A stretch of 64,000 nucleotides of DNA, from the NCBI GenBank assembly GCA_963825135.1, contig CAWGRW010000009.1, positions 2,208,001-2,272,000 of the forward strand. Reading direction: 5' to 3'. Made by a program: the position numbers and the translations under genes. Of this stretch, positions 17,829 to 28,155 are shown in pieces. The stretch comes from an uncultured bacterium (GTDB taxonomy: Bacteria; Desulfobacterota_D; UBA1144; Nemesobacterales; UBA2774). The notes under the pieces are model-generated. The model made no database searches and was not told the DNA's origin. It saw nothing but the letters and a program-made list of their open reading frames with translations. Positions within the stretch are counted from its first letter, which is position 1. Every line of letters starts with the position of its first letter.

Positions 17829-18218
17829 ATGGGAGATAAAAAGTACGTTATGAACGATGAGAGGATAGACCAGATTATCGGCGACCTTCTCAGGATAGCT
17901 GTGATACTATCGGCTGTATTCGTAATTACGGGCGCCGTTATTTACCTGATGCGGCACGGCACGGAGATGCCGGATTACGGCGTCTTCACGGGTGTGCCGA
18001 AAGACCTGCGCGGCCTGAGGGAGATTATAGAGGCCGCATGGCAGATAAGGAGCGTGGGGATAATACAGCTTGGTCTTTTACTCCTCATCGCCACGCCCGT
18101 CGCGCGCGTAATATTTTCGGTATTTGCCTTCCTTATTCAGCGTGATTATATGTACGTTGTTTTTACTTTAATCGTACTTTCGGTGCTCCTCCTGAGCTTA
18201 ACGGGAGTAATAATGTAG
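17829..18218 (+). CDS. DUF1634 family membrane protein
   Basis: IIQLGLLLLIATPVARV motif; usual partner of the preceding TauE gene. Confidence 0.85.
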   Translation: MGDKKYVMNDERIDQIIGDLLRIAVILSAVFVITGAVIYLMRHGTEMPDYGVFTGVPKDLRGLREIIEAAWQIRSVGIIQLGLLLLIATPVARVIFSVFAFLIQRDYMYVVFTLIVLSVLLLSLTGVIM

Positions 18219-18468
18219 CTCTATATAAAGCCGCCGGCAATCGATGATAAGAGGGGAATCGCGATCGATGTCACTTACTGAAAAGATAGGTCGGGCGGAT
18301 GGTAAAGACCGCGTACGGTTTTTTGGGGCGATCAAACGGCAATGGGAACTTTAACGCTATTGATAAGCAATATAGGGGCGATGAAACTTCAGGCAAGCGG
18401 ATAATGGTGTTATTATTTATGATCTTCGGGAAATTAGTGTTCACATAGCCGATGCATCCGGGGGAACC

Positions 18469-19917
18469 ATGAATATGATAAAAAGGCATCACATTCGACA
18501 AGTCATAATATTTGCTTTTGTTTTGTCCATTCCATTAATCCTATTGTCGGTATTATTCGCTCAATCGTTCACGGCCGGGGCGAAAGAGCCCGGCGCTATT
18601 GAGACGAAACAGATCGCGGAAGAGGCGTACATATACGGCTTCCCGATGATAATGAATTACGGGACGATGTACGAGTATTCCATCGACCGCTCTTCGTCTC
18701 AATATAAGGCCCCATTCAACCGGATCTATAATACCGCGCGGGTGTACACGCCGAAGGACACGGTGGTGATCACCCCGAACAGCGACACCCCGTACTCGTT
18801 CGCGGGAATGGACCTCCGTGCGGAGCCCGTAGTCCTATGCGTGCCGGAGGTTGAAAAAGGGCGCTATTACTCCGTTCAGCTGGTCGATATGTACACGTAC
18901 AATATCGGTTATATAGGGAGCCGCGCAACGGGAAACGGCGCGGGGTGCTATATGGTCTCGGGTCCGGGCTGGAGGGGCGAAACGCCCGCGGGCATCGCGA
19001 AGGCTTTCCCGGTAGAGACGGATTTTGCCTTTGCGATTTACCGTACCCAGCTCTTTAACTCCGGAGACATAGACAATGTAAAGAAGATACAGGCGGGTTA
19101 CAAGGTGTACACCCTTTCGGAATACACGAAGAAGCCCGCTCCTGCCTCACCGCCTGAAATCAAATTCCCGAAATTCTCAAAGAAGGAGGCGTTCGGTGCC
19201 GACCCCTTCAGTTATTTGAACTTTCTGCTGCAATTCTGTCCGCCGGTACCCCAGGAAAAGCCGCTCCGAGACGTATTCGCAAGGATAGGGATTGAGTCGG
19301 GAAAACCTTTTGACGCAGGCAAGCTTTCGGCTAAGGACAGGGCTGCGGTTGAGACCGGAATCAAGAAGGGTTATGAGGTTATTAAACGGAAGCGGCTGAC
19401 TCTCGGTAAAGACGTGGACGGTTGGCGGGTTATGTCGGCGTTCGGTGACCGGAAATTCTATAAGGGCAACTGGACACTCAGGGCGGCTGCGGCCATGGCG
19501 GGTATTTACGGTAACGACGCGGTCGAAGCCATGTACCCCATCGCGTTTACCGACGGCACGGGCGCCAAACTCGACGGGAGCAAAACCGCATACACGATCA
19601 CCTTTGCGTCGGGGGAATTGCCCCCCGTAAATGCCTTCTGGTCCGTTACGATGTATGACGGCAAGACGCAGCTCCTGGTCGCGAACCCGATCGACCGGTA
19701 CCTGATCAATTCACCGATGCTCCCCGGTCTCAAGAAGAACCCTGACGGATCGCTCACGCTCTATGTGCAGAAAGCCTCACCCGGCGCGGAGAAGGAGTCC
19801 AACTGGCTCCCCGCCCCCGACGGCCCGTTTTATCTGGTATTGAGGCTCTATTGGCCGAAGCAAGAGGCGCTCGACGGAAAGTGGACTCCTCCGGCCGTTA
19901 CGCAGGTGAAGAAATGA
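18469..19917 (+). CDS. DUF1254/DUF1214 domain exported protein
   Basis: AYIYGFP, TPNSDTPYS, PPVNAFWSVTMYD, NWLPAPDGPFYLVLRLYWP. Confidence 0.9.
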   Translation: MNMIKRHHIRQVIIFAFVLSIPLILLSVLFAQSFTAGAKEPGAIETKQIAEEAYIYGFPMIMNYGTMYEYSIDRSSSQYKAPFNRIYNTARVYTPKDTVVITPNSDTPYSFAGMDLRAEPVVLCVPEVEKGRYYSVQLVDMYTYNIGYIGSRATGNGAGCYMVSGPGWRGETPAGIAKAFPVETDFAFAIYRTQLFNSGDIDNVKKIQAGYKVYTLSEYTKKPAPASPPEIKFPKFSKKEAFGADPFSYLNFLLQFCPPVPQEKPLRDVFARIGIESGKPFDAGKLSAKDRAAVETGIKKGYEVIKRKRLTLGKDVDGWRVMSAFGDRKFYKGNWTLRAAAAMAGIYGNDAVEAMYPIAFTDGTGAKLDGSKTAYTITFASGELPPVNAFWSVTMYDGKTQLLVANPIDRYLINSPMLPGLKKNPDGSLTLYVQKASPGAEKESNWLPAPDGPFYLVLRLYWPKQEALDGKWTPPAVTQVKK

Positions 19918-20102
19918 TCTATCAAAGAAAGAGAATTCGGCGCGATGTCTCAGGGCGCATGAGCGGTATGAAGATTGGGACAATGTCCCCGTTCCGATAA
20001 GGCAGTCGGTATTATATTGAAATTCTGCGGCTATTCCGGAATCGCTCATTACGGCTCGATAAGTATCGGAACGGCTTCAAAATTCGGGCAAAGGAGCAGG
20101 AA

Positions 20103-20693
20103 ATGAAAATGCAATCACGTAAGCATGTCGTATTGATTTTAGTTCTCTCGGCGATGTTCGGTGTTCTTCAGGGACTGGCGCAGGAAGGAAACGAGACAGG
20201 GGTCGATTTAAAGCCCTCTCCTGATGCAATCAGCAAGGCCCGGAACCCCTCGCCGCCCGCTGATGCCCAAAAATCCGACTCAATCGGCAAAGGGAATATT
20301 ACGATGAACACCGCGAACTCTCCGGGCGATACGGATTCTTTCTGGGTTCAGCAGATAGACGTCAACGGCGACGGAACCGTGGAGTCCGCCAACCTCATCT
20401 GGGACGACGAGGACAGGATTCTCTACTTCTATTACGAGGGCGGATTCAAGTGTAAGAACGGAAAAACGGGCTCCGGCGCGGTGCTCGTAGGAGTGAACGG
20501 CAAGGACAACCCCCGGAATAGACCGGCCGGCTCCGGTTTCTACGCCGTGTCTCTGGATAAGGACGAGTGCGGTGCGGAGGAAGCCGGGCTCTGGGGCTGC
20601 AGGTTCGACGCGGCCGGCAATCCTACGGCCTGCGGAACCGTGGGAATCGACGACAAATACGACGACATTATAATCTTGACAGCGAGTAAATAA
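20103..20693 (+). CDS. Exported hypothetical protein
   Basis: Signal peptide, RBS aaggag, DVNGDG loop, four Cys. Confidence 0.75.
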   Translation: MKMQSRKHVVLILVLSAMFGVLQGLAQEGNETGVDLKPSPDAISKARNPSPPADAQKSDSIGKGNITMNTANSPGDTDSFWVQQIDVNGDGTVESANLIWDDEDRILYFYYEGGFKCKNGKTGSGAVLVGVNGKDNPRNRPAGSGFYAVSLDKDECGAEEAGLWGCRFDAAGNPTACGTVGIDDKYDDIIILTASK

Positions 20694-20749
20694 TAACCGT
20701 TTCATTATTCCGTGACTTAAGAATCCGGAAAATTGCGAGGGAGGTAAGT

Positions 20750-21148
20750 ATGAAGGTACTTAAGAATTTTTTTGTAATTGCATTCGCGATTGCGACGCTA
20801 TCGACGATAAATCTTGCAACAGCCGCAGCAGGAGCCCTGAACGCCGACAGCATTGTCGGCAAGTGGAAGGATACGGAGGGAACGGCTGTCGTGCGGATAG
20901 AGAGCAAGGGCGGGTACTACGAAGGCGTTGTTGTGGAGGACGCGGAGAACCCCGGCGTGGTTTCCACAACGGTTTTCAAAAACCTGGTATATGACAGCGG
21001 GGAAGGGGTTTGGAAAGGGACCATATATTCTATCAAGAAGAAAAAAGAGTTCGATGTAAAGATTCAAATGGCTGATAGCGGTAACTTCACCATGACGGTG
21101 AAAGCCGGATTAGGCTCAAAGAAGCTCGATTGGGATCGGGTCCAATAA
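20750..21148 (+). CDS. DUF2147-like exported protein
   Basis: Signal peptide, IVGKWK, WKGTIY, terminal W-x-RV. Confidence 0.75.
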   Translation: MKVLKNFFVIAFAIATLSTINLATAAAGALNADSIVGKWKDTEGTAVVRIESKGGYYEGVVVEDAENPGVVSTTVFKNLVYDSGEGVWKGTIYSIKKKKEFDVKIQMADSGNFTMTVKAGLGSKKLDWDRVQ

Positions 21149-21394
21149 CGGCGCCTGACCGTGACGCAATCTCTTTCCATAGATACATCCCGGGTTACAT
21201 AGCATTTATGTCTGCCGATACGGGACCCGTGTCCCTGGGCGGTAACCCGATAATCGGTCCAGAGGCGCTTCGCAATATTGAATAATTTTTCTAAGGCAAT
21301 AAAATTAGAGATATATGCCGCGGTGCGCCTTATCATTGAAAGAAACGAAATGCGGATCAATCCGGTTCAGGCATAAAGCTGCTTCTTTACATAG

Positions 21395-22741
21395 ATGCTG
21401 AAAAAATTATCCCTTGGCGCAATGTTACTACTTCTTGCAGCTGCATCAGGCTGCGGGGGGAGCTATACCCCGAAGCCGCCCGAGGAAGTCTCTTTCCTCG
21501 ACAGGGCGGAGACGCAGAGCAGGAACGGTCTGACCGTAACGGTCGCTGTTTTGAGCCGCGAGGAGAGCAAGGAGGTGTTCGGTGTGGACCTTTCTGCTAA
21601 TGGAATCCAGTCTGTTTGGCTCGATATAGAGAACAAGACCGGGAAACCATACGTTTTTATGCCCATTGCTCTCGACCCCGGATATTTCTCGCCAAATGAA
21701 GTCGCATTCATGAACCATTTCAAGTTTAACAGCTCGGCCAACAGGGAGATGGATGAACAGTTCTCGAAATACGGTATTCAGGTAGAGTACATTATGCCGG
21801 GCGAAAGGGATAAGGGATTCGTGTACACGAACCTCGACCCGGGGTTGAAGTTCGTAAACGTGACACTGTATCAGATAGACGGAACCGAGAACTTCTTTTT
21901 CTATTTCGAGGTTCCCGGCATTCAGCCCGATTACGAAAATGTCGATTTCGCCGCCCTCTATAAAAAGGACGAGATAGTCCATATCGATGACGAGGACGGG
22001 CTTCGCAAAGCCCTGGAGGAGCTTCCCTGCTGTACGACCGGGGCTGAGGGCGGAGGGGGAGGCGAACCTATCAACGTTGTCCTCATCGGCGACCCCGACG
22101 ATATATCTTCGGCCATCGTGCGCAGGAAATGGGATGTGACGGAGGCCGAGACGAAGAAATTCAACCTCGACCTCGGCCGGGCCTTCTCCCCCGAGGGTTA
22201 CAGGACTTTTCCCATGGCCAGCCTGTATGTGTTCGGCAGGAGGCAGGACGTGGGCTTCCAGAAATCGAGGCGCGAGACGGACGCCGCCTACCGTCAGAGG
22301 AATACGCTCAGGCTCTGGCTCACACCCCTCAGGTATAAGGGGAAAACGGTATGGGCGGGAGCCGTGAGCAGGGACATCGGGTCCGACCTCAGGATCAGGA
22401 AATACTGGTTCGCGGCGCAGGAGATAGACCCGGACATAGACGAGACCAGGGACTTTATTGTGGAGGACCTCGTCATTTCACAGAGTGTGCAGAAGCTCGG
22501 CTACGTCACCGGGGTTGGGCAGTCGACCCCTGAGAATCCGGCATATAATCTGAATAAGCTGCCCTGGTGGTCTGACGGCTACAGGGCCGTATTGCTCTTC
22601 GGGAATGACCAGACGACTCTGGGCGACATGGAATATTTCGATTGGGAGAACGTTGAGGACATCAATAACGGGGAAAGGGGCGAAGGCGGGTCTGGGAACG
22701 GAGACTCCGAAGAAACGGAGAAAGGGGATAAGCACGAATGA
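21395..22741 (+). CDS. LssY C-terminal domain lipoprotein
   Basis: Lipobox ASGC; GEPINVVLIG, SLYVFGRRQDVGFQK, RNTLRLW, EIDPDIDETRD. Confidence 0.8.
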   Translation: MLKKLSLGAMLLLLAAASGCGGSYTPKPPEEVSFLDRAETQSRNGLTVTVAVLSREESKEVFGVDLSANGIQSVWLDIENKTGKPYVFMPIALDPGYFSPNEVAFMNHFKFNSSANREMDEQFSKYGIQVEYIMPGERDKGFVYTNLDPGLKFVNVTLYQIDGTENFFFYFEVPGIQPDYENVDFAALYKKDEIVHIDDEDGLRKALEELPCCTTGAEGGGGGEPINVVLIGDPDDISSAIVRRKWDVTEAETKKFNLDLGRAFSPEGYRTFPMASLYVFGRRQDVGFQKSRRETDAAYRQRNTLRLWLTPLRYKGKTVWAGAVSRDIGSDLRIRKYWFAAQEIDPDIDETRDFIVEDLVISQSVQKLGYVTGVGQSTPENPAYNLNKLPWWSDGYRAVLLFGNDQTTLGDMEYFDWENVEDINNGERGEGGSGNGDSEETEKGDKHE

Positions 22742-24180
22742 AGCCCTCGCTAAAAGAGCGATCTGCCGCTCTTGATATTATTCTCTTAATCTCGCTATGC
22801 CTGCTCCCGGGGTTTTGGGGATGCGCGTCGTACTGCGCCAACCAGGCGAGCAGAGACGCGAGCATGTTCAGTACGCCGCCGGCAAAGGGATGCAAGGTAT
22901 ATTCTCCCTCTCCCGACCCGGCCACGGATGTACCGTTTAAAATCAGGGCCGAAACGCAATCCGAAGACGGCATATCGGTCTCCGCCGTCGTATTGAGCGA
23001 TTATGAGAGCGAAAAGATATTCGGAGTCAACCTCGCCGGGAACGGTATTCAGCCCGTATGGCTCGATATCCGCAACACCACCGGTACGCCTGTATCTCTC
23101 ATTTATGTCGCGACGGACCCCGGATATTATTCCCCGAACGAGGCTGCGTACACAAACTACGGCTATGCGAGTCCCGTGAATGAGGAAATGAACGAATACT
23201 TCAACAAGCAGAGCATCAGGAGAGAGATTCCGGCCGGAGGCGAGCTCTCGGGCTTCTTTTACACGAACTGGGACCCGGGGATCAAATACCTCAACGTAAG
23301 CGTCTACGGTGAGGAGCAGGAAAAGAACTTCGTGTTCTATTTCGTTATTCCCGGCATCAAGCTCGACTATCAGCGGGTGGACTTTGACAATATATATAAG
23401 AAGGACGAGTATGTGAATTACGATACCGAGGAAGAGCTTCGCAAAGCGCTCGAAGCCGTCCCGTGCTGCGCTACCGGAAAGGACGGCACGGGCGAGAACG
23501 ACGCGCTCAATTTCTTCGTCATCGGGGATACGGACAATATAATCTCCGCGTTTATAAGGCGGGGATGGGACGTGACGGAGCCTATTTCGGTTAGTTCCGG
23601 CTTGAGAGCGTTCAAGGCATACTTCTCGGGGGCGAGATACAGGACCTCCCCAATGAGCAGCGTCTACGTGTTCAGGAGGGTCCAGGATATCGGGCTCCAA
23701 AAGGCGAGGTCCACGATACATGAGCGTAACCACCTCAGGCTCTGGTTAATGCCTATCCGCTATAAAGGTATGGACGTCTGGATAGGATCTGTGAGCCGTG
23801 ACATAGGCTCGTACTTCACGTTCAGGACCCCCTGGCTTTCCGCGCACGCTATTGACCCGGATATCGACGAAGCGAGGACTTACCTCGAGCAGGACCTGCT
23901 TTTCTCGGGAGGCGTAGATAAGTTCGGCTACGTCAAGGGCATAGCGCCCGCTACCGCCGAGAACCCGCACAGGAATTTCATGAAGCAGCCGTGGTGGACC
24001 GACGGATACCGGTCTGTTTTCCTTTTCGGTGAAGCCTCGGTTACGCTTAACGATCTCGAATTCTTCGACTGGGAATGGGCGGGGGAGAACGGACCTGAGG
24101 TCATCGAGTACATCAAAGCCATGAGCGCCGGGAGAAAACAGGGCAAGCCGGCCGCTCCGGCTCCTATAAAACCCGACTGA
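22738..24180 (+). CDS. LssY C-terminal domain lipoprotein (tandem paralog)
   Basis: Same motifs (RNHLRLW, IDPDIDEARTY, PWWTDG); ATGA overlap. Confidence 0.8.
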   Translation: MKPSLKERSAALDIILLISLCLLPGFWGCASYCANQASRDASMFSTPPAKGCKVYSPSPDPATDVPFKIRAETQSEDGISVSAVVLSDYESEKIFGVNLAGNGIQPVWLDIRNTTGTPVSLIYVATDPGYYSPNEAAYTNYGYASPVNEEMNEYFNKQSIRREIPAGGELSGFFYTNWDPGIKYLNVSVYGEEQEKNFVFYFVIPGIKLDYQRVDFDNIYKKDEYVNYDTEEELRKALEAVPCCATGKDGTGENDALNFFVIGDTDNIISAFIRRGWDVTEPISVSSGLRAFKAYFSGARYRTSPMSSVYVFRRVQDIGLQKARSTIHERNHLRLWLMPIRYKGMDVWIGSVSRDIGSYFTFRTPWLSAHAIDPDIDEARTYLEQDLLFSGGVDKFGYVKGIAPATAENPHRNFMKQPWWTDGYRSVFLFGEASVTLNDLEFFDWEWAGENGPEVIEYIKAMSAGRKQGKPAAPAPIKPD

Positions 24181-24245
24181 TTTAAAGACCGCGTGAGCCT
24201 GATCGTGCCTGTCTTTCGGACGCTGCTCGGGCACAGGATGTCGTG

Positions 24246-24262
24246 TGTCTTATATTACGACA
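24246..24262. promoter_or_regulatory. TGTC-N9-GACA palindrome
   Basis: TGTCTTATATTACGACA, upstream of the sigma54 promoter at 24437. Confidence 0.55.
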
Positions 24263-24436
24263 ATCCTGTTAGAATACGCCAAAATGCAATCGGGCCTCCC
24301 TTCTACGCTAATGCGTTTCTAATATGGGTCTGACATCGAATTATTCTGTAATATATTCTGTAATACCGGTAGAAACCCCTATCAGAAGGGGTGAGCCGGA
24401 GACCGCATCTGCACACCTGCAATGATCAATCTTCAC

Positions 24437-24452
24437 TGGTATGCTCCTTGCA
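24437..24452 (+). promoter_or_regulatory. sigma54 -24/-12 promoter
   Basis: TGGTATGCTCCTTGCA (GG-N10-GC) just before the GNAT gene. Confidence 0.65.
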
Positions 24453-24467
24453 AGTTAATTATCAACG

Positions 24468-25052
24468 ATGAAAGTGTATCCAAAAGAGTTTTTGCTCAAA
24501 GATAAGAGCATGGTTATTATCAGGCCGCTAGTTGAGGAGGACTGGGAATTCGTTCAGACGTTTTTTTCAAAAATACCCAGGGAGGACCTCATCATTTATA
24601 AAGACGACGTAACGAAGTGGGAATCGCTCGAAAACTGGTTCGTGAACCCGAATTACGAGAAGGTGGTCGAGCTCGTGTCCTTTTGCAAGAAAGAAGTCGT
24701 CGCGAAAGGCACGCTCCACGCTCAGGGGCTTTACTGGCCCCACGCCGCCGAGGTGAAGCTGGTGGTCCATCCGGAGTACAGGGGCAATGGCCTCGGTTCC
24801 CAGATGTTCAGCCTGCTTCTCTATGAAGGGCTCAAACACCAATTCCAGAAGATTATCGTGAGGTACATCCCGGACAACCTGAGCTTCGTGAAGATTCTCG
24901 GCCATTACGGGTTTGAGCCGGAAACCGTACTTAACTATTATGTGCTGGACGAGGCTACGAATGAGCAGAAGGACCTCGTGATCGCTTCCTACGACCTGCA
25001 GAACTGGGAGCGCAGGTTCGAGTTTTACAGCTACGTTTATGGCGGTAACTAA
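24468..25052 (+). CDS. GNAT N-acetyltransferase
   Basis: VVHPEYRGNGLGSQM acetyl-CoA motif; N-terminal LKDKSMVIIRPL. Confidence 0.85.
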   Translation: MKVYPKEFLLKDKSMVIIRPLVEEDWEFVQTFFSKIPREDLIIYKDDVTKWESLENWFVNPNYEKVVELVSFCKKEVVAKGTLHAQGLYWPHAAEVKLVVHPEYRGNGLGSQMFSLLLYEGLKHQFQKIIVRYIPDNLSFVKILGHYGFEPETVLNYYVLDEATNEQKDLVIASYDLQNWERRFEFYSYVYGGN

Positions 25053-25156
25053 CGACCAGTTGTCGCCGCATGGATTGTAACTCCCCGCATTAGATGATAT
25101 TCTCATCTTAAATTCAACAAAATCTTTTAAATCCTCATCCTCCGGATGTTCTCGGT

Positions 25157-26704
25157 ATGAATGATCTGAAAAAAACAAAAAAAGAGCTTGCTGCGGAATT
25201 GGAAGTGCTCCGGAAAAAGATCAAATCATATGAAAGTCAGGACGGCGGGGAGAGCGCATTATTCGGGAACAATTACAGCTTCATAGTCGAATCCGTACCT
25301 AGCGGGATAGTCATGACGGACGATACAGGGAAGATTATTTTCGTGAATTCCCTCGTAAATGCGACGCTCGGATACGGGGACGGGGAGCTTCTCGGAAAAA
25401 GTATCGAGATTCTCGTCCCGGAACGCTACCGCAGGGCGCATCCCGTATTCAGAGATACATTCATGATGTCGCCGATCTCAAGACCGATGGGGAAAGGGCG
25501 TGATCTTTTCGCCCTGAAGAAGGACGGTTCCGAGCTCCCGGTAGAGATAGGCCTCAATCCCGTGAAGACTAAAAACGGGTTCGTGGTGCTCAGCACCCTT
25601 ATCGATATCACGGAGAGGAAATTAGCCGAGAGGATGCTGCGGGAAGGGGAAGAGAGACTCCGCGGGATAATGGAAAATACGTCCGACGCCGTGCTGCTCT
25701 TTGACGGCGACGGCCGGATCGAATCTGTAAACAGGGCGGGGCTTGTACTTTTTACCGGCAGCGAAAACGGGGAAATCGGGAACATTCGGGAAATAATCAC
25801 GCCTGAACAAAGGGAGAGCTTCACGGCGAAGCTGAGAAACGCGAAAGAGGGTGTTTCGGTTACGGACTTCGAGACGGAATTGATGAGGAAAGACGGCAGG
25901 AGAGTCCCAGTGAGCATCAGCCTCGTTTATATGAACCACGGCGGCGGGAGGTTCATTGAGACGGTGAGGGACATTTCCGCAAGAGTAGCGATGAGAAAGA
26001 AAATAATAGAGCTCGAGAAATCCCAGATAGTGGGGAGGATGGCTGAAGGTTTCGCCCATCACATGGGTACTCCGCTCGCATCCATGCTGCTCAGGGTACA
26101 GATGCTCAAAGAAGACGTATCGGATATAACGGGATATGAGGGGATTCTGGAGAAACTGGATTCGATTGAAAGACAGATCCTCTACGGCCAGAAAGTGATA
26201 CAGAGGCTTCTCAAGTTTGTCGGCAACCCCATAAGCGAAAAGAGTCCCGAGGACGCGGCGTCCATTCTGATCGAGTCGGTAGACCTTATCAGGCCTCTTC
26301 TCAAAAAGAAAATCATAGACGTGCTCGTGGAAACGGAAGATAATTTAACGATACTCACCGACACGAACTTGCTCCACCTCGTGTTCACCGATACCATAAT
26401 GAACGCAGTCGACGCAATGCCCGGAGGCGGATCACTCACCTTGACAGCATCGGGCGATAAAGTGCCGGGCTTAGCAGTAATAACGATAAACGATACCGGG
26501 GACGGTATCCCCAAAGAGATTATTCCTTACGTGTTCGAGCCCTTTTTTACGACGAAGCCTGCCGGAATGGGCACGGGGCTCGGCCTCTCCGTCGCAAAAC
26601 GTATCATAAGCGACCACGGCGGCGAGATTTCCTTAAAGAGCAAGGAGGGGGAGGGCACCACCGTTACTATCAAACTTCCAATATTTTCCAAGGAGCAGCA
26701 ATAG
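25157..26704 (+). CDS. Cytoplasmic PAS-PAS histidine kinase (first PAS FixL-like)
   Basis: PAS LVPERYRRAH...RPMGKGRDLFALKKDG; H-box FAHHMGTPL; NAVDAM, DTGDGI, FEPFFTTK, GTGLGL. Confidence 0.92.
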   Translation: MNDLKKTKKELAAELEVLRKKIKSYESQDGGESALFGNNYSFIVESVPSGIVMTDDTGKIIFVNSLVNATLGYGDGELLGKSIEILVPERYRRAHPVFRDTFMMSPISRPMGKGRDLFALKKDGSELPVEIGLNPVKTKNGFVVLSTLIDITERKLAERMLREGEERLRGIMENTSDAVLLFDGDGRIESVNRAGLVLFTGSENGEIGNIREIITPEQRESFTAKLRNAKEGVSVTDFETELMRKDGRRVPVSISLVYMNHGGGRFIETVRDISARVAMRKKIIELEKSQIVGRMAEGFAHHMGTPLASMLLRVQMLKEDVSDITGYEGILEKLDSIERQILYGQKVIQRLLKFVGNPISEKSPEDAASILIESVDLIRPLLKKKIIDVLVETEDNLTILTDTNLLHLVFTDTIMNAVDAMPGGGSLTLTASGDKVPGLAVITINDTGDGIPKEIIPYVFEPFFTTKPAGMGTGLGLSVAKRIISDHGGEISLKSKEGEGTTVTIKLPIFSKEQQ

Positions 26705-28060
26705 TGAGCCCTGAAAAATTCAAAGTGCTTGTTGTTGATGACGATAAGGAGTTTATCGAGGCGGTCAAAGAGCTCCTCGAACGTAATAGCTATCAGGTGC
26801 TAACCGCGTATTCGGGGAAAGAGGCGCTCGAAAAAGCGGCCGAGGAGGACGGGCTCAGGCTCGTGCTGCTCGATCTCGTGATGCCGCTTATGGATGGTTT
26901 CACTCTCCTCGAGAAACTCATGGACCTGATACCGGGGTTGACTGTGATTATGGTTACGGGTCAGGGAACCGTGCAGACGGCGGTCGAGGCAATCAAACGG
27001 GGGGCTAAAGACTTTATATCGAAGCCCTTCGATAAAGACGTTCTCCTTAACAAACTCGAAGTGATAAGAAAAGCGGAAGAGCTTGAGAATAAAGTCAGCA
27101 CCCTGAATGTGCTCCTTTCTGAAAAATACGGCTTCGACAATATCATAAGCGGCTCCAAGCTGATGAAAACGGTTTTCGAGAGGGCTTCCGCGGCCGCCCA
27201 CAGCAATGCGCCCGTATTCATTGTGGGCGAGACGGGTACGGGAAAAGAGCTCCTGGCCAAGGCCATACACCTGAGCGGCGAGAGGGCGGGCAAACCCTTC
27301 GTCGGTGTTAACTGCGGGGCTATACCCAAAGACCTTCTCGAATCCGAGCTCTTCGGATACCGGAAAGGGTGCCTTCACCGGGGCAGTGAGGGACCATGAG
27401 GGCCTGTTTGTCGCGGCGGAGAAGGGGACGATATTTCTCGATGAAATAGGGGAGATGCCTAAAGAGCTCCAGGTGAGATTGCTTCGGGTGCTCGAAGAAT
27501 ATAAAGTGCGTCCTATCGGGCATACGCAGGAGATATCGCTCGACGTAAGGGTTATATCCGCAAGCAACCACAGCATAGAGGATCTCAAGAAGACTTACCT
27601 GAGGGAGGATCTCTTCTTCAGACTCGCCGTTATAGTGATAGAGCTCCCTCCGTTGAGGGACAGAAAGGGGGATATCCCTCTCCTCATTGACCACTTCGTA
27701 AGCAGATTCAGTAATAAGTACTCGAAGAAGGTTAAAGGTCTCTCCGAAGGGGCGTTCAGCTCACTCTACAACTACGACTTCCCCGGTAACATCAGGGAGC
27801 TCGAAAATCTGATAGAGGGTATCATTGCCGTGATACCATCCGGCAAGAACACCATTACGGAAAAAGAGCTTAAGGAACATCTGCTCTGGCAGCAGCCCAA
27901 GAGCTCCGAGCACCAGATCCTCGCCCTCGACAGGCTCGAGAAATTCGCGCTCGAGCAGGCGCTAAGGGAATGCAAGGGGAACAAATCGAAGGCCGCCGAT
28001 ATACTCGGCATCTCGAGGGACACGCTTTACAGGAAGCTTAAACAATACGAGGTTGAATAG
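26704..28060 (+). CDS. NtrC-family sigma54-dependent response regulator, +1 frameshift at ~27365
   Basis: Receiver VDDD/DLVMP, Walker [23 protein letters not shown] spanning the shift, [15 protein letters not shown], Fis-type HTH. Confidence 0.9.
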
Positions 28061-28155
28061 AGACACTCCTGCGCTGTTTCGCGCTGCCTCATTGTCCGGA
28101 CGGGCTGCAATATCCGCAGTATCGTCGGAAGTGATTCTTCATCATCCCGATATAC

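Noticed and set aside
27355..27375. Programmed ribosomal frameshift in the sigma54 activator
   Set aside because: There is no canonical slippery heptamer, and similar indels in unrelated genes point to sequencing error.
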